From a virus: a stretch of 64,000 nt of DNA. Below, one piece after another: positions 28,552-36,768 of this stretch. The translations under genes and the position numbers were made by a program. Each line of letters starts with the position of its first letter. Position 1 is the stretch's first letter. The stretch covers positions 1-64,000 of IMG/VR virus record IMGVR_UViG_3300028029_000001; one strand, 5' to 3'. The notes under the pieces were generated by a model. That model made no database searches, was not told the DNA's origin, and saw only the letters and a list, made by a program, of their open reading frames with translations.

Positions 28552-29238
28552 TTATTTGGCTTTATAGTGAACAATTGTAACTTCCATGTCATATAATGTT
28601 TCTTCTATTATTTTTTTAACAGATTTCCATTCTCCACCTCCAATACCACACCCGATTAAAGGTAATCCAATTTTACAACCTTTAAACCTTTGATTTACTT
28701 TAATTAAAGCATTTGCTAGAGAATATTCATTGAAATCATTTCCTGGCGTAAATTGACTATATATATTAATTATTATACCTTGATCATATTCCCAATAAGT
28801 CATATCTCCTAATTTTTCAAGAGAAGACCTTTTATCTAATTTATCGATTATTAAATTGTTTGGGTAGGATTTAGCTATTTGTGCTGCGATTCCTCCAGAC
28901 ATATTATTAAAACAATTACACCCATGAGCAATTATATCAAAATCACCTTTTTTAAACATATCCAATAAGTTTCCTTCAATCTCTTTAACTCCTTTAAACT
29001 CTTTGATTAATACCTTATTTAACATTTTTAAGAGGGATTTAGCTTTTGATGCAGTGTTTATATAAAAAACTTTTTGAACGTGTCTAATTTGAGATATAGG
29101 CTTTTCAAAGTCATTCATTAAATCAATTAAATGATTATATTGTTTTGCTACATCTCTTGAAGGTGTTTTGTACCCTAAAGATCTTGCAATGACCTTTATT
29201 GTCAACCTGTTTTTAGAATTTTTAATTATCTCTTTCAT
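28552..29238 (-). CDS. macrodomain protein (TARG1/OARD1/DarG-like) with N-terminal extra domain
   Basis: ...DFDIIAHGCNCFNNMSGGIAAQIAKSYP... and ...IGLPLIGCGIGGGEWKSVKKIIEETLYDMEVTIVHY parallel TARG1 (HCISEDCRMGAGIA...MPRIGCGLDRLQW). The likely start is the ATG at 29236-29238 (ATGA overlap); the track start is 29289. Confidence 0.7.
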   Translation of the reverse strand: MKEIIKNSKNRLTIKVIARSLGYKTPSRDVAKQYNHLIDLMNDFEKPISQIRHVQKVFYINTASKAKSLLKMLNKVLIKEFKGVKEIEGNLLDMFKKGDFDIIAHGCNCFNNMSGGIAAQIAKSYPNNLIIDKLDKRSSLEKLGDMTYWEYDQGIIINIYSQFTPGNDFNEYSLANALIKVNQRFKGCKIGLPLIGCGIGGGEWKSVKKIIEETLYDMEVTIVHYKAK

Positions 29239-29462
29239 CTTCTTTTTATTTGATAAGAAATAGACATTTTGGAATCTAAAGAAACCCAATCTCCTAAAAA
29301 CTTTCTATTTTCTAAACAGTTTAATATTTGACCCTCTATAGTTTCTCTAAACTCTTTTTTATAAGCTTCTATTTGTTTTTCAGAAAAATTATTAGAATGA
29401 AAATATCCTAATTCTTTAATTTCTATATCTACTGGAATTGATAAATTCATATTAATCTTCAT
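29235..29462 (-). CDS. hypothetical small protein
   Basis: 75-aa ORF. Confidence 0.45.
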   Translation of the reverse strand: MKINMNLSIPVDIEIKELGYFHSNNFSEKQIEAYKKEFRETIEGQILNCLENRKFLGDWVSLDSKMSISYQIKRR

Positions 29463-29730
29463 TTAAAGGTTGCATTTTAAATTTCCCTATATTACTTACT
29501 TCTTCATGCCAATTAAAGATCTCTTCTAAACTATCTTTATTTTCATAAAGGAATTTTATTAACCCTGATTCATCAGATTCTTCTGTTTCGTTTTTCCAAT
29601 CAACCTCTTTAAATTCTAATACCTTTTCAGCAAAATGAACTAAAGATTCTGCTTTAGCATCTATTTCTGTTGTAAAAGATGTTCCATTGGTAGCTATAAA
29701 GCTTACTGTTGTTTGTTTTTTAATTGCCAT
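29452..29730 (-). CDS. hypothetical acidic protein
   Basis: 92-aa ORF. Confidence 0.5.
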   Translation of the reverse strand: MAIKKQTTVSFIATNGTSFTTEIDAKAESLVHFAEKVLEFKEVDWKNETEESDESGLIKFLYENKDSLEEIFNWHEEVSNIGKFKMQPLNED

Positions 29731-29734
29731 AATT

Positions 29735-30130
29735 TTATTTTTTTAATGATTCTAAAATATCAACTGCATCATTGAAGTGGTCTAATACCCCTCCATATAC
29801 TAGTCTGCCATTGATTCTCGTTCTTACTACAAAGACTTTATCTCTTTTACTAAAAGAGATTCCTTTTATATCTTTGCATAATTCCTTACAAGCTTCTGTA
29901 TAGCCTTTTTTAGATTTATGTAAAGATTTTAGGATCTTTTCATACTCTGTTTTTTTAGATTCCATTACCTCATACCTAGATAATGCATCTAATTTCCTGT
30001 TTAGAGAATTGAGTTGACTTTTGTATTCTTCTCTCTTATTAGAGAAAACTAATTCTTCAACTAATCTTTTTGTTGATAATAATTCTCTTCTTGTTTGATC
30101 TATAGATCCTTTAATTACTATAAAATTCAT
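29735..30130 (-). CDS. AP2-like DNA-binding domain protein (weak)
   Basis: 131 aa. The C-terminal GISFSKRDKVFVVRTRINGRLVYGGVLDHFNDAVD resembles the AP2 pattern GVSxxKxxxKWxAxIxxNGKxxxLGxF. Confidence 0.4.
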   Translation of the reverse strand: MNFIVIKGSIDQTRRELLSTKRLVEELVFSNKREEYKSQLNSLNRKLDALSRYEVMESKKTEYEKILKSLHKSKKGYTEACKELCKDIKGISFSKRDKVFVVRTRINGRLVYGGVLDHFNDAVDILESLKK

Positions 30131-30210
30131 CTCTTATTTTTTACAAATTGTACATTTATTATTCTTAAACAGTCTCATACTGCAACATTTCTTACAAAAT
30201 TTAAACATAA

Positions 30211-30591
30211 CTATTTATTTAAACCTTCTTTAACCCAGCTAGATGTTCCTGTTATTAATTTACCTTTAGAAACATCCATTAAGATAATTTTATATTTCTT
30301 TCCTCTAGGATTAATACCTTCAATAATATATTCCTTTCCATCTAACTTGACTTTTTTCTTAAAGTCTGACTTATCTAATCCATAGTAATGACATTCTTGA
30401 TTGAAGTAATTTTGCTCTTTACTTAACCCGTTTGTTGGTCTATTAGATACTTCTAATTTAGCAGTAAACTCGTTACTATCATAACTTATTGATCCTAAAT
30501 CAATTTCAATACCATATTGATTTTCTAATTCTTTTACTGTAGCTTTAAAATCTTTTCTAAATGCTTCTAATGTGTTTTTTGTAATATTCAT
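30211..30591 (-). CDS. hypothetical protein
   Basis: 126-aa ORF, first gene after the promoter motif at 30612-30655. Confidence 0.5.
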   Translation of the reverse strand: MNITKNTLEAFRKDFKATVKELENQYGIEIDLGSISYDSNEFTAKLEVSNRPTNGLSKEQNYFNQECHYYGLDKSDFKKKVKLDGKEYIIEGINPRGKKYKIILMDVSKGKLITGTSSWVKEGLNK

Positions 30592-30611
30592 CTCTCTTAG
30601 TTTTTAATTAT

Positions 30612-30655
30612 GACCTAAATATACGATGTATATTTCTATTAACCTAATATTTTAG
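30612..30655 (-). promoter_or_regulatory. repeated promoter/operator motif
   Basis: gacctaaatatacgatgtatatttctattaacctaatattttag, preceded (in the minus sense) by a hairpin at 30677-30693 plus a T-run. Confidence 0.6.
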
Positions 30656-30737
30656 AAAAAAAGAATAAAAAAAAGACTAGAAAATAATTCTAGCCTTTCT
30701 TAATTAAAGGTTAAGAGAAACCTTTTTTGAGAGATTC

Positions 30738-31127
30738 TTAATATTTTGTTAGATGGTATTTAACTATATCGCCTTGTTCTGCTTCTAAATATAATACCAT
30801 TTTATTATTAATTGTATCTTTTTCTATTATAGTAAATATATCTTTAGTTCCCCAATCTTTATCTACTGTAATAATACTATCTTTTATTGAATACACTGAT
30901 CCTAAAATTTCACAATTAGTAATTTGCCATTGAAATCCATTATATTCTGAATTATCAACCCAATTATTATACTCATATTGAGTATTTGTTACTTTCCAAT
31001 CTCCTTGAATAAATTTATGATTATCAAATATGTATTCTTGTGGTGTTGGAATGTTTGGTTTAATAATTTCTTTTTTACAAGAGGTTATACTTATTAAAGC
31101 TATTAGCACTATTATTAAATTTTTCAT
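30738..31127 (-). CDS. lipoprotein
   Basis: MKNLIIVLIALISITSC... signal peptide with a lipobox Cys. Confidence 0.6.
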   Translation of the reverse strand: MKNLIIVLIALISITSCKKEIIKPNIPTPQEYIFDNHKFIQGDWKVTNTQYEYNNWVDNSEYNGFQWQITNCEILGSVYSIKDSIITVDKDWGTKDIFTIIEKDTINNKMVLYLEAEQGDIVKYHLTKY

Positions 31128-31423
31128 AATCTTCTTTGTTTTTTAATTTTATCAATAAATTCATCTACTGCTAACTTTTCTGCGATTGATAAATTTTCTA
31201 CTTTACTTTTGATCATTAAATCTTTGTCATAAATATCAGACAATTTTTTATTACCTCCAAATTGATGCGATATAAACGTTTCACATTCATTTTTTAACCC
31301 TTTGGCATGCATCTTCATTTTATGCTTGTATACGTCTTGTTTTTCTAGTATATCAATAGAACTTAGTATATCTGCACACTCAGTGATTAATTTATAGAAG
31401 TTTTCTTCTCTAGTTAATTCCAT
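31124..31423 (-). CDS. hypothetical protein
   Basis: 99-aa ORF. Confidence 0.5.
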   Translation of the reverse strand: MELTREENFYKLITECADILSSIDILEKQDVYKHKMKMHAKGLKNECETFISHQFGGNKKLSDIYDKDLMIKSKVENLSIAEKLAVDEFIDKIKKQRRL

Positions 31424-31531
31424 CCTTTTAAAATTCTAATTATATTAATAACTATCAATACTATTAAAAAGATGATAGATGAAAGTAATATACCTTCTAA
31501 TTCATTCTCTTCAATATATTTTTTTAATTTT

Positions 31532-31933
31532 TTAATAATCATGAGTTACATTCTTTCTTATAGATTTTACCTCAATTTCTAAAACAGCTGAAGGTAATAC
31601 TTTAGCTCTTATTATGTTAGGCTTTAGATCACCTTCTATAATTTCTTTAAAATCTAATTCTATTGACATATCTTTTTTAGACATTAAACGTAAAACATCA
31701 TTCATCCCTCCTATTAAACACCTTAAATGATGAGATAATTGTTTTTCTGATGCGCCCTTATTTAATAAATTAAATATATTTGGTTTATCTAAATGAGCTT
31801 TAGCTACACATCTTGCTGCTATTAATAATGAATTTTTATTAGAACTACTAATAGGATCTTCTGTTGCCATCATGACTGCTTTAAACAATTCATTGATTTC
31901 ATGCCCTTCTGTTTGTTTTATTGTGTTTTCCAT
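31532..31933 (-). CDS. hypothetical protein
   Basis: 133-aa ORF. Confidence 0.5.
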   Translation of the reverse strand: MENTIKQTEGHEINELFKAVMMATEDPISSSNKNSLLIAARCVAKAHLDKPNIFNLLNKGASEKQLSHHLRCLIGGMNDVLRLMSKKDMSIELDFKEIIEGDLKPNIIRAKVLPSAVLEIEVKSIRKNVTHDY

Positions 31934-31952
31934 TTCTCTCTTTTTTTAATTA

Positions 31953-32279
31953 TTATTCAAATTCTATATAAAATAAGTTTTCTCCAATATAAGTCTCTGT
32001 AATTACTAATTTACCTGGGAGTATTATTTCTTTTTCAATTATGCTTTGATCTAGTTCACTTAATAATGAATTGTTTGTCCCTGTAATTATAAGAGTTCCT
32101 CCTAATGATCCGTCAATATCTACTGAGTAGTCTACTGTACATGATTTAATTTTATCATGTTTAAGCTTTTTATTTACAGGTTCTAATATCTTATCTATAT
32201 TACTATAGACTTCTGCATAATCTTTTAACACCCTTAATTCTTCTATTTTTAAAGCAATTAAATTTTTTAACTTTTCCAT
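31953..32279 (-). CDS. hypothetical protein
   Basis: 108-aa ORF, first gene after the variant promoter motif. Confidence 0.5.
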   Translation of the reverse strand: MEKLKNLIALKIEELRVLKDYAEVYSNIDKILEPVNKKLKHDKIKSCTVDYSVDIDGSLGGTLIITGTNNSLLSELDQSIIEKEIILPGKLVITETYIGENLFYIEFE

Positions 32280-32297
32280 CTCTTATTTTTTAATTAT

Positions 32298-32338
32298 GAC
32301 CTAAATATATATCTTATATTTATATATACCAAATATTT
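32298..32338 (-). promoter_or_regulatory. repeated promoter motif, variant B
   Basis: gacctaaatatatatcttatatttatatataccaaatattt, nearly identical to 42278-42320. Confidence 0.5.
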
Positions 32339-32352
32339 TTAAAGAAAAGAAC

Positions 32353-32390
32353 AAAAAAAAGAAGATCAGCTCGTTTGCTTAATCTTCTTT
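32353..32390 (-). terminator. rho-independent terminator
   Basis: Stem aaagaagat/atcttcttt (32358-32366 / 32382-32390), T-run on the minus strand. Confidence 0.6.
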
Positions 32391-32465
32391 TAATATTTTA
32401 TACTGACTTTATTATCTTTTTAGTTTTGTCGTTACCCTATGATTGGTGGTTTGTCAATTCCGTTA

Positions 32466-32813
32466 TTACCTCCGTAGTGCTTCGAGAATATATATAATCT
32501 CAGGTCTCTCCTTTCCTGATCGAGTACTGTCACTTTGATTTTTTAGCTCCGTCAAGCATATTAATCCCCTTTTTGTTACTGGGTTAAGTGTACTAGTAAA
32601 ACCATGCATAGTTTCCCCGATCATTCCCACAGATTTAATTTCCAATACTGTATAGGATTCGATTTTCCATTCTACGATAGATCTCTCTATTTTTGTTTGT
32701 AGTAGCGTAGCCTCTTTTATTCTTTCTGAAGAATTTGTAATAACATAAAATGGTTTCTTACTCTGGGTTAGAGTAAGAATAATTCCACCAATCATGTATA
32801 ATACTATCTTCAT
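32466..32813 (-). CDS. hypothetical protein with N-terminal hydrophobic segment
   Basis: 115 aa, MKIVLYMIGGIILTLT... Local GC content is visibly higher than in the neighbours. Confidence 0.5.
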   Translation of the reverse strand: MKIVLYMIGGIILTLTQSKKPFYVITNSSERIKEATLLQTKIERSIVEWKIESYTVLEIKSVGMIGETMHGFTSTLNPVTKRGLICLTELKNQSDSTRSGKERPEIIYILEALRR

Positions 32814-32828
32814 TGTGTTAAATATACT

Positions 32829-32990
32829 TTATTTTATTATAAATAATCCTATCATTCCTAATAATATTAAGGTTAATGTTACTAAACCTATCATTCTTAT
32901 TAAAGATATTACTATTTGGATTTCAAGACCTAATTCTGATTTATCTAAAGCGTGTATCCAATTATCTAATTTTTCTAATAAATTAAACAT
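32829..32990 (-). CDS. small membrane protein (53 aa)
   Basis: Hand-translated MFNLLEKLDNWIHALDKSELGLEIQIVISLIRMIGLVTLTLILLGMIGLFIIK. Its ATG overlaps the stop of 32983..33240. The plus-strand track ORF 32794..33012 is its shadow. Confidence 0.45.
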   Translation of the reverse strand: MFNLLEKLDNWIHALDKSELGLEIQIVISLIRMIGLVTLTLILLGMIGLFIIK

Positions 32991-33240
32991 AATCAAAAGA
33001 ATTTCTTTCTGACCAAATAGCTTTAGTTATCTCTCTACATTGAATGATACTAATTCCTTTAGTTGCATTAAATATTAATTTTGATCCACTAGATCTATCT
33101 ACCATATTAATAGCCAATATTAAACCATTTAATAAATTAGTTTTATTTATGTCTAATAATGGTTTTTTAAATTCTGACATTTTTCTATTCATTATAGATA
33201 ATATCATTTTTCTATTTTGATTACTTTGTTCTATTCTCAT
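32983..33240 (-). CDS. hypothetical protein
   Basis: 85-aa ORF. Confidence 0.45.
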   Translation of the reverse strand: MRIEQSNQNRKMILSIMNRKMSEFKKPLLDINKTNLLNGLILAINMVDRSSGSKLIFNATKGISIIQCREITKAIWSERNSFDYV

Positions 33241-33338
33241 TTAATGACTTATTTCTGTATTTAACTTTCTTTTTCTTTGATCTACGAGATCTTCTCTTGT
33301 TTCCGTCAAACTTCTCATAAAGATCTGATTCAGCTTGT

Positions 33339-33605
33339 TTAGCTTCTTCTCTGTATGATAATTCTTCCTGATCTTTTAATATTATTGGATTTGGTTTCAT
33401 AAGCTTTCTTCCATGAAGGAGTTTTTGTTGTGTCCCAATCTATAATTGATTGATCTCTATCTTCCCAGTGTAATGGATTTCCCCACATATTTAATTCCAC
33501 TACTTTTTGATTGGGTATGTTTTGATTTCTTTTATATTTCCAAAAGAATAAAATTAATAATATTAATATTATAAGCCCTATTATTTTTAATAAGTTTTTT
33601 ACCAT
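33339..33605 (-). CDS. small membrane-anchored protein
   Basis: 88 aa, N-terminal TM (IIGLIILILLILFFW). Confidence 0.5.
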   Translation of the reverse strand: MVKNLLKIIGLIILILLILFFWKYKRNQNIPNQKVVELNMWGNPLHWEDRDQSIIDWDTTKTPSWKKAYETKSNNIKRSGRIIIQRRS

Positions 33606-34435
33606 GACTTTATCTTTTTTAACTCAACCCCTAATGTTGGACAAGATTCAGGGTTGTTGAATAGTATTGTTATAAACTTTCTCTGCATTGATGTTAGTTT
33701 ACTTGTTTTATTCACTACCTGATAATAGTTCTCTGTATGTTTTCTTCTCAATAAATCTATTTCCGTTTCACTTAATGGTTCAGGATCTTTTTCTCCTGCA
33801 TATATTGAATCAAACATACCTACATATGGATTTACTATTTTATGAGATTCTATGAAAGACGAATCGTCTTCTAAATTTATAGGAAGATCTACGGCACCTA
33901 TATTAGCGCAAACGACATTACTTTTAGAAGCAGCTATTGCTATTGCAGCGTCTTTTCCTGCATTTCCTACACCGACAACAACTACTTTGACACCCCTTTC
34001 TTTTTCCTCTGACTCTAACTCCTTTGGAACCTTTAAGAGGTCCATCACTGAATTTGAATCTAATAAATCTAAATCGATATTCTTCCCATTTAGAATGCTT
34101 AATAAATACTCTCCAAATCTATCTTGTACAGCATCAGCTATATGTTCAGGTAAATTCAATCCTCCAGTTCCAGTTAAATGTCCATATCCTCTAATGGATA
34201 TTACTTCTCTATCTTCATAGTAAATGTAACTTTCCTCATACCTATACTTTTCAGGATTTAATACTTTTGGTACTACAGTATTGTTATTTAAAGCGTACAT
34301 AAATAATTCCTGAGCATTAGGACTTTGATTGTTAAATTGAAATGCCATTTCATTATCTGCAGTCATTACAGTTCCCCAAGTATTCGTGAATGGTCCTTTA
34401 TAAAAGTTCATCCAATTTATTCTTTTAGTGTCCAT
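33599..34435 (-). CDS. hypothetical protein
   Basis: 278-aa ORF. The Gly-rich VVVVGVGNAGKDAAIAIAAS segment is not enough for a family call. Confidence 0.55.
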   Translation of the reverse strand: MDTKRINWMNFYKGPFTNTWGTVMTADNEMAFQFNNQSPNAQELFMYALNNNTVVPKVLNPEKYRYEESYIYYEDREVISIRGYGHLTGTGGLNLPEHIADAVQDRFGEYLLSILNGKNIDLDLLDSNSVMDLLKVPKELESEEKERGVKVVVVGVGNAGKDAAIAIAASKSNVVCANIGAVDLPINLEDDSSFIESHKIVNPYVGMFDSIYAGEKDPEPLSETEIDLLRRKHTENYYQVVNKTSKLTSMQRKFITILFNNPESCPTLGVELKKIKSW

Positions 34436-34437
34436 AA

Positions 34438-34647
34438 CTAGTTCATTTTTATTGTGTCTCCTACGTGATATTTACTTCTAACATCATAGAAATTAAACGC
34501 GTCCCCGTTAATATCGTCTACAGCTGTATAGTGTGTGAGTGCCGTAGTTTCAGTTACGTAGTATACTGTAAACACGGATTTTTCTGTCTTTGTTGGTGTA
34601 CATGAGTACATAAGCGATATTGTTAATAGTAATATAATTCTTTTCAT
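34438..34647 (-). CDS. small lipoprotein
   Basis: MKRIILLLTISLMYSC... lipobox. Confidence 0.55.
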   Translation of the reverse strand: MKRIILLLTISLMYSCTPTKTEKSVFTVYYVTETTALTHYTAVDDINGDAFNFYDVRSKYHVGDTIKMN

Positions 34648-34651
34648 AATA

Positions 34652-35041
34652 TTAAAGTGTTTTAATTAATTCTTCTTTTGTTTTAAATACCTTACTACTA
34701 TGTACCCATGCAGGAGCTACATTACCTGATGGTCTAGTACATTCAACGCTATACCCTTTTCTACCTATAGTTATTCCACTAATTTGTACTTTAGCCACTA
34801 TGTTACCGACAAATATAAAACACATATCACCTATTTTTATGTCAATATTTTTGTAGGTATCAATAGTTAGTCCTCCTCCATTTTTTAGTAGTTCTGGTAA
34901 AATACCAAAAACAGGTATTAAAACTATTATGTAAAGTACAGTAAATAATATATCAGGCTTTACACCTGTAATAAGACAAGGTATTACACCTAATGCTGTC
35001 GCTAAATGTATAGCGAGTACCACTCTTTTCCATGTTTTCAT
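34652..35041 (-). CDS. membrane protein
   Basis: 129 aa, two N-terminal TM segments. Confidence 0.55.
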   Translation of the reverse strand: MKTWKRVVLAIHLATALGVIPCLITGVKPDILFTVLYIIVLIPVFGILPELLKNGGGLTIDTYKNIDIKIGDMCFIFVGNIVAKVQISGITIGRKGYSVECTRPSGNVAPAWVHSSKVFKTKEELIKTL

Positions 35042-35115
35042 AATCCTTAATTTTAAATACTCGGTAGTAATAGAGCTCTATTACTTTATTACTTTATTAC
35101 TACCGAGTAAACATT

Positions 35116-35406
35116 TTAATCAATTCTCCAATCTGGTACAGCCTCTATATTCTTAATAGCCTCTTCTGTACAAGGAATAATCTGTGTTTTGCCTCCAATC
35201 TCCATCTCAGGGACAGTCATTGTAAATTTGCAGTTATTAGGATTTTTAACTCCTTCTTGTGATAATTGCTCAATAGCTGCTGCTCCTGACCAGTAATAAA
35301 GTTTTCTAACACCTTTTAAAACTATAGAATTTTTACCACTCTTTACTAGTGTACCAAAAAATACACCTGCTAAGTTGTTTCTTGTAATTACTTTCTTTCC
35401 TATCAT
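35116..35406 (-). CDS. hypothetical protein
   Basis: 96-aa ORF. Confidence 0.5.
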   Translation of the reverse strand: MIGKKVITRNNLAGVFFGTLVKSGKNSIVLKGVRKLYYWSGAAAIEQLSQEGVKNPNNCKFTMTVPEMEIGGKTQIIPCTEEAIKNIEAVPDWRID

Positions 35407-35407
35407 A

Positions 35408-36118
35408 CTATTTAATTTTTAGTTTAGTTTTTAATTGTTTAATAATACTGCCTTGGTACTCCGATTCTGTTAATTCAATAAATTCTTTTACTGTAAGTGT
35501 AGACTCTTTTGTAATGCTATGGTTACTCATAAAGTTATTTCTACCTATAGAACAACTACCAGTTAGTAAGTAGTGCCAAGTATAAAATTCTTCTGCTTTA
35601 TACTTATTTTTTAAGTTAAATAATTTTGTAAAGTCCTCTATTCTCTCTTCTATTGGTTTTTTGATTAGTAACTTCTCTAGTAATGACTTATTAGCTTCCT
35701 CCAATGTTTTACCATGAGAAAATGTGTTGTCTTGTTTAATTACATAGCAAGTCTCTATAGATAAATCTAAGTTAAGTATTCCTCCCTTTAATACATTACC
35801 TCTTATATGATACACTACTGTTGGGGTGTTATCTATAGTTATTACAGGGTTATTATTAATAGATTGTATTGTTTTACCATAACCATTACCATAACCATAA
35901 CCATCACCATCACCATCACCATTACCATCACCATTACCATCACCATCACCATCACCATTACCATAACCATCACCATAACCATAACCATAACCATCACCAT
36001 TACCATAACCATCACCATAACCATCACCATCACCATTACCATAACCATCACCATAACCATAACCATAACCAGTAATAGGTATGTAAAGGAATGCTTTTAT
36101 TTTTTCTTTTAAACTCAT
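35408..36118 (-). CDS. protein with ~65-residue Gly-[Tyr/Asp/Asn] dipeptide repeat and unique C-terminal domain
   Basis: 236 aa, ...GYGYGDGYGNGDGDGYGDGYGNGDG.... The frame is continuous with a normal-looking 150-aa C-terminal domain. Confidence 0.65.
   Translation of the reverse strand: MSLKEKIKAFLYIPITGYGYGYGDGYGNGDGDGYGDGYGNGDGYGYGYGDGYGNGDGDGDGNGDGNGDGDGDGYGYGNGYGKTIQSINNNPVITIDNTPTVVYHIRGNVLKGGILNLDLSIETCYVIKQDNTFSHGKTLEEANKSLLEKLLIKKPIEERIEDFTKLFNLKNKYKAEEFYTWHYLLTGSCSIGRNNFMSNHSITKESTLTVKEFIELTESEYQGSIIKQLKTKLKIK
35876..36070. repeat. hexanucleotide tandem repeat (accatN)x~32
   Basis: On the plus strand accat[a/c/t] is repeated without interruption. On the coding strand this is [T/G/A]AT-GGT. 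Confidence 0.95.
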
Positions 36119-36128
36119 AATTCTTAAT

Positions 36129-36347
36129 TTAATTGTTATTCATAATAATCCACTCTTCCAGATTACCAATTTCTACAGTGTCTATTGCAACACCATCTCT
36201 AATCAAATAATAATCATGTCTAAGGTCTATCTCATAATTAGTATTAAACACTCTCTTCTTAGTGTTGGGTGATATAACTACTGCTACTGTGCCTATGAAT
36301 ATACAAGCTAGAATAAACAGTAGAAACTCCATCAGTTCTTTTTTCAT
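36129..36347 (-). CDS. small membrane-anchored protein
   Basis: 72 aa, N-terminal TM. Confidence 0.5.
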   Translation of the reverse strand: MKKELMEFLLFILACIFIGTVAVVISPNTKKRVFNTNYEIDLRHDYYLIRDGVAIDTVEIGNLEEWIIMNNN

Positions 36348-36348
36348 A

Positions 36349-36768
36349 TTAACTTTTTAGGAATTTATGTGCTTTATTATACTTTATAAGTCTAGCAAAA
36401 TCCTTCTCTCTTAGTCCTTTAAGGCGAGTAATCTTTGAATTATGTTCTAAATCTCTTAATTTAACTTCTCTTGCTATATCTTGTAGCTTTATAGCACCAA
36501 TGTAAACATCATAATCTGTTCCATCACGTTTAGTTAATAGGTTAATAGCTAGTATAATACTTTCATTAAATCCCTCTTTAGCCAAATCATCTAAGGTTAA
36601 ATCAGAGTCTTCTACAGCATCATGAAGTACAGCTACTATCATAAAAGGGAACCCTAAATGTCTAACTTTATTCATAACCCATAGCGGGTGTAAAATATAC
36701 GGACTTCCTCCTCTGTCGAATTGTCCTTTGTGTGCGTTTACTGCTATTAGTATTAAGTTACTTTTCAT
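36349..36768 (-). CDS. HD-domain (p)ppGpp-hydrolase-like protein (SpoT/Mesh1-type small alarmone hydrolase)
   Basis: 139 aa. ...AHKGQFDRGGSPYILHPLWV...VAVLHDAVEDSDLTLDDL...FNESIILAINLLTK matches the H...HD...D layout of the RelA/SpoT hydrolase domain. Confidence 0.7.
   Translation of the reverse strand: MKSNLILIAVNAHKGQFDRGGSPYILHPLWVMNKVRHLGFPFMIVAVLHDAVEDSDLTLDDLAKEGFNESIILAINLLTKRDGTDYDVYIGAIKLQDIAREVKLRDLEHNSKITRLKGLREKDFARLIKYNKAHKFLKS

Noticed and set aside
33599-34435. FtsZ/tubulin-like reading of the segment VKVVVVGVGNAGKDAAIAIAAS.
   Set aside because: Only this short Gly-rich stretch resembles the FtsZ N-terminal motif. The GGGTGTG signature and the remainder of the fold are absent, and the segment lies in the C-terminal half of the protein.
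35876-36070. Possible CRISPR array, or a CRISPR-like reading of the repeated 44-bp motif.
   Set aside because: The hexamer repeat has no spacers. The 44-bp motif copies are kilobases apart, each upstream of a gene, with no regular repeat-spacer architecture and no cas genes.
35807-36112. Track ORFs translating the hexamer repeat as ITITIT (plus strand), MVMVMV (35842..36066, minus) and HHHHNH (35869..36075, plus).
   Set aside because: These are alternative frames of the same microsatellite. Only the Gly-[Y/D/N] frame connects to flanking coding sequence and fits the operon.
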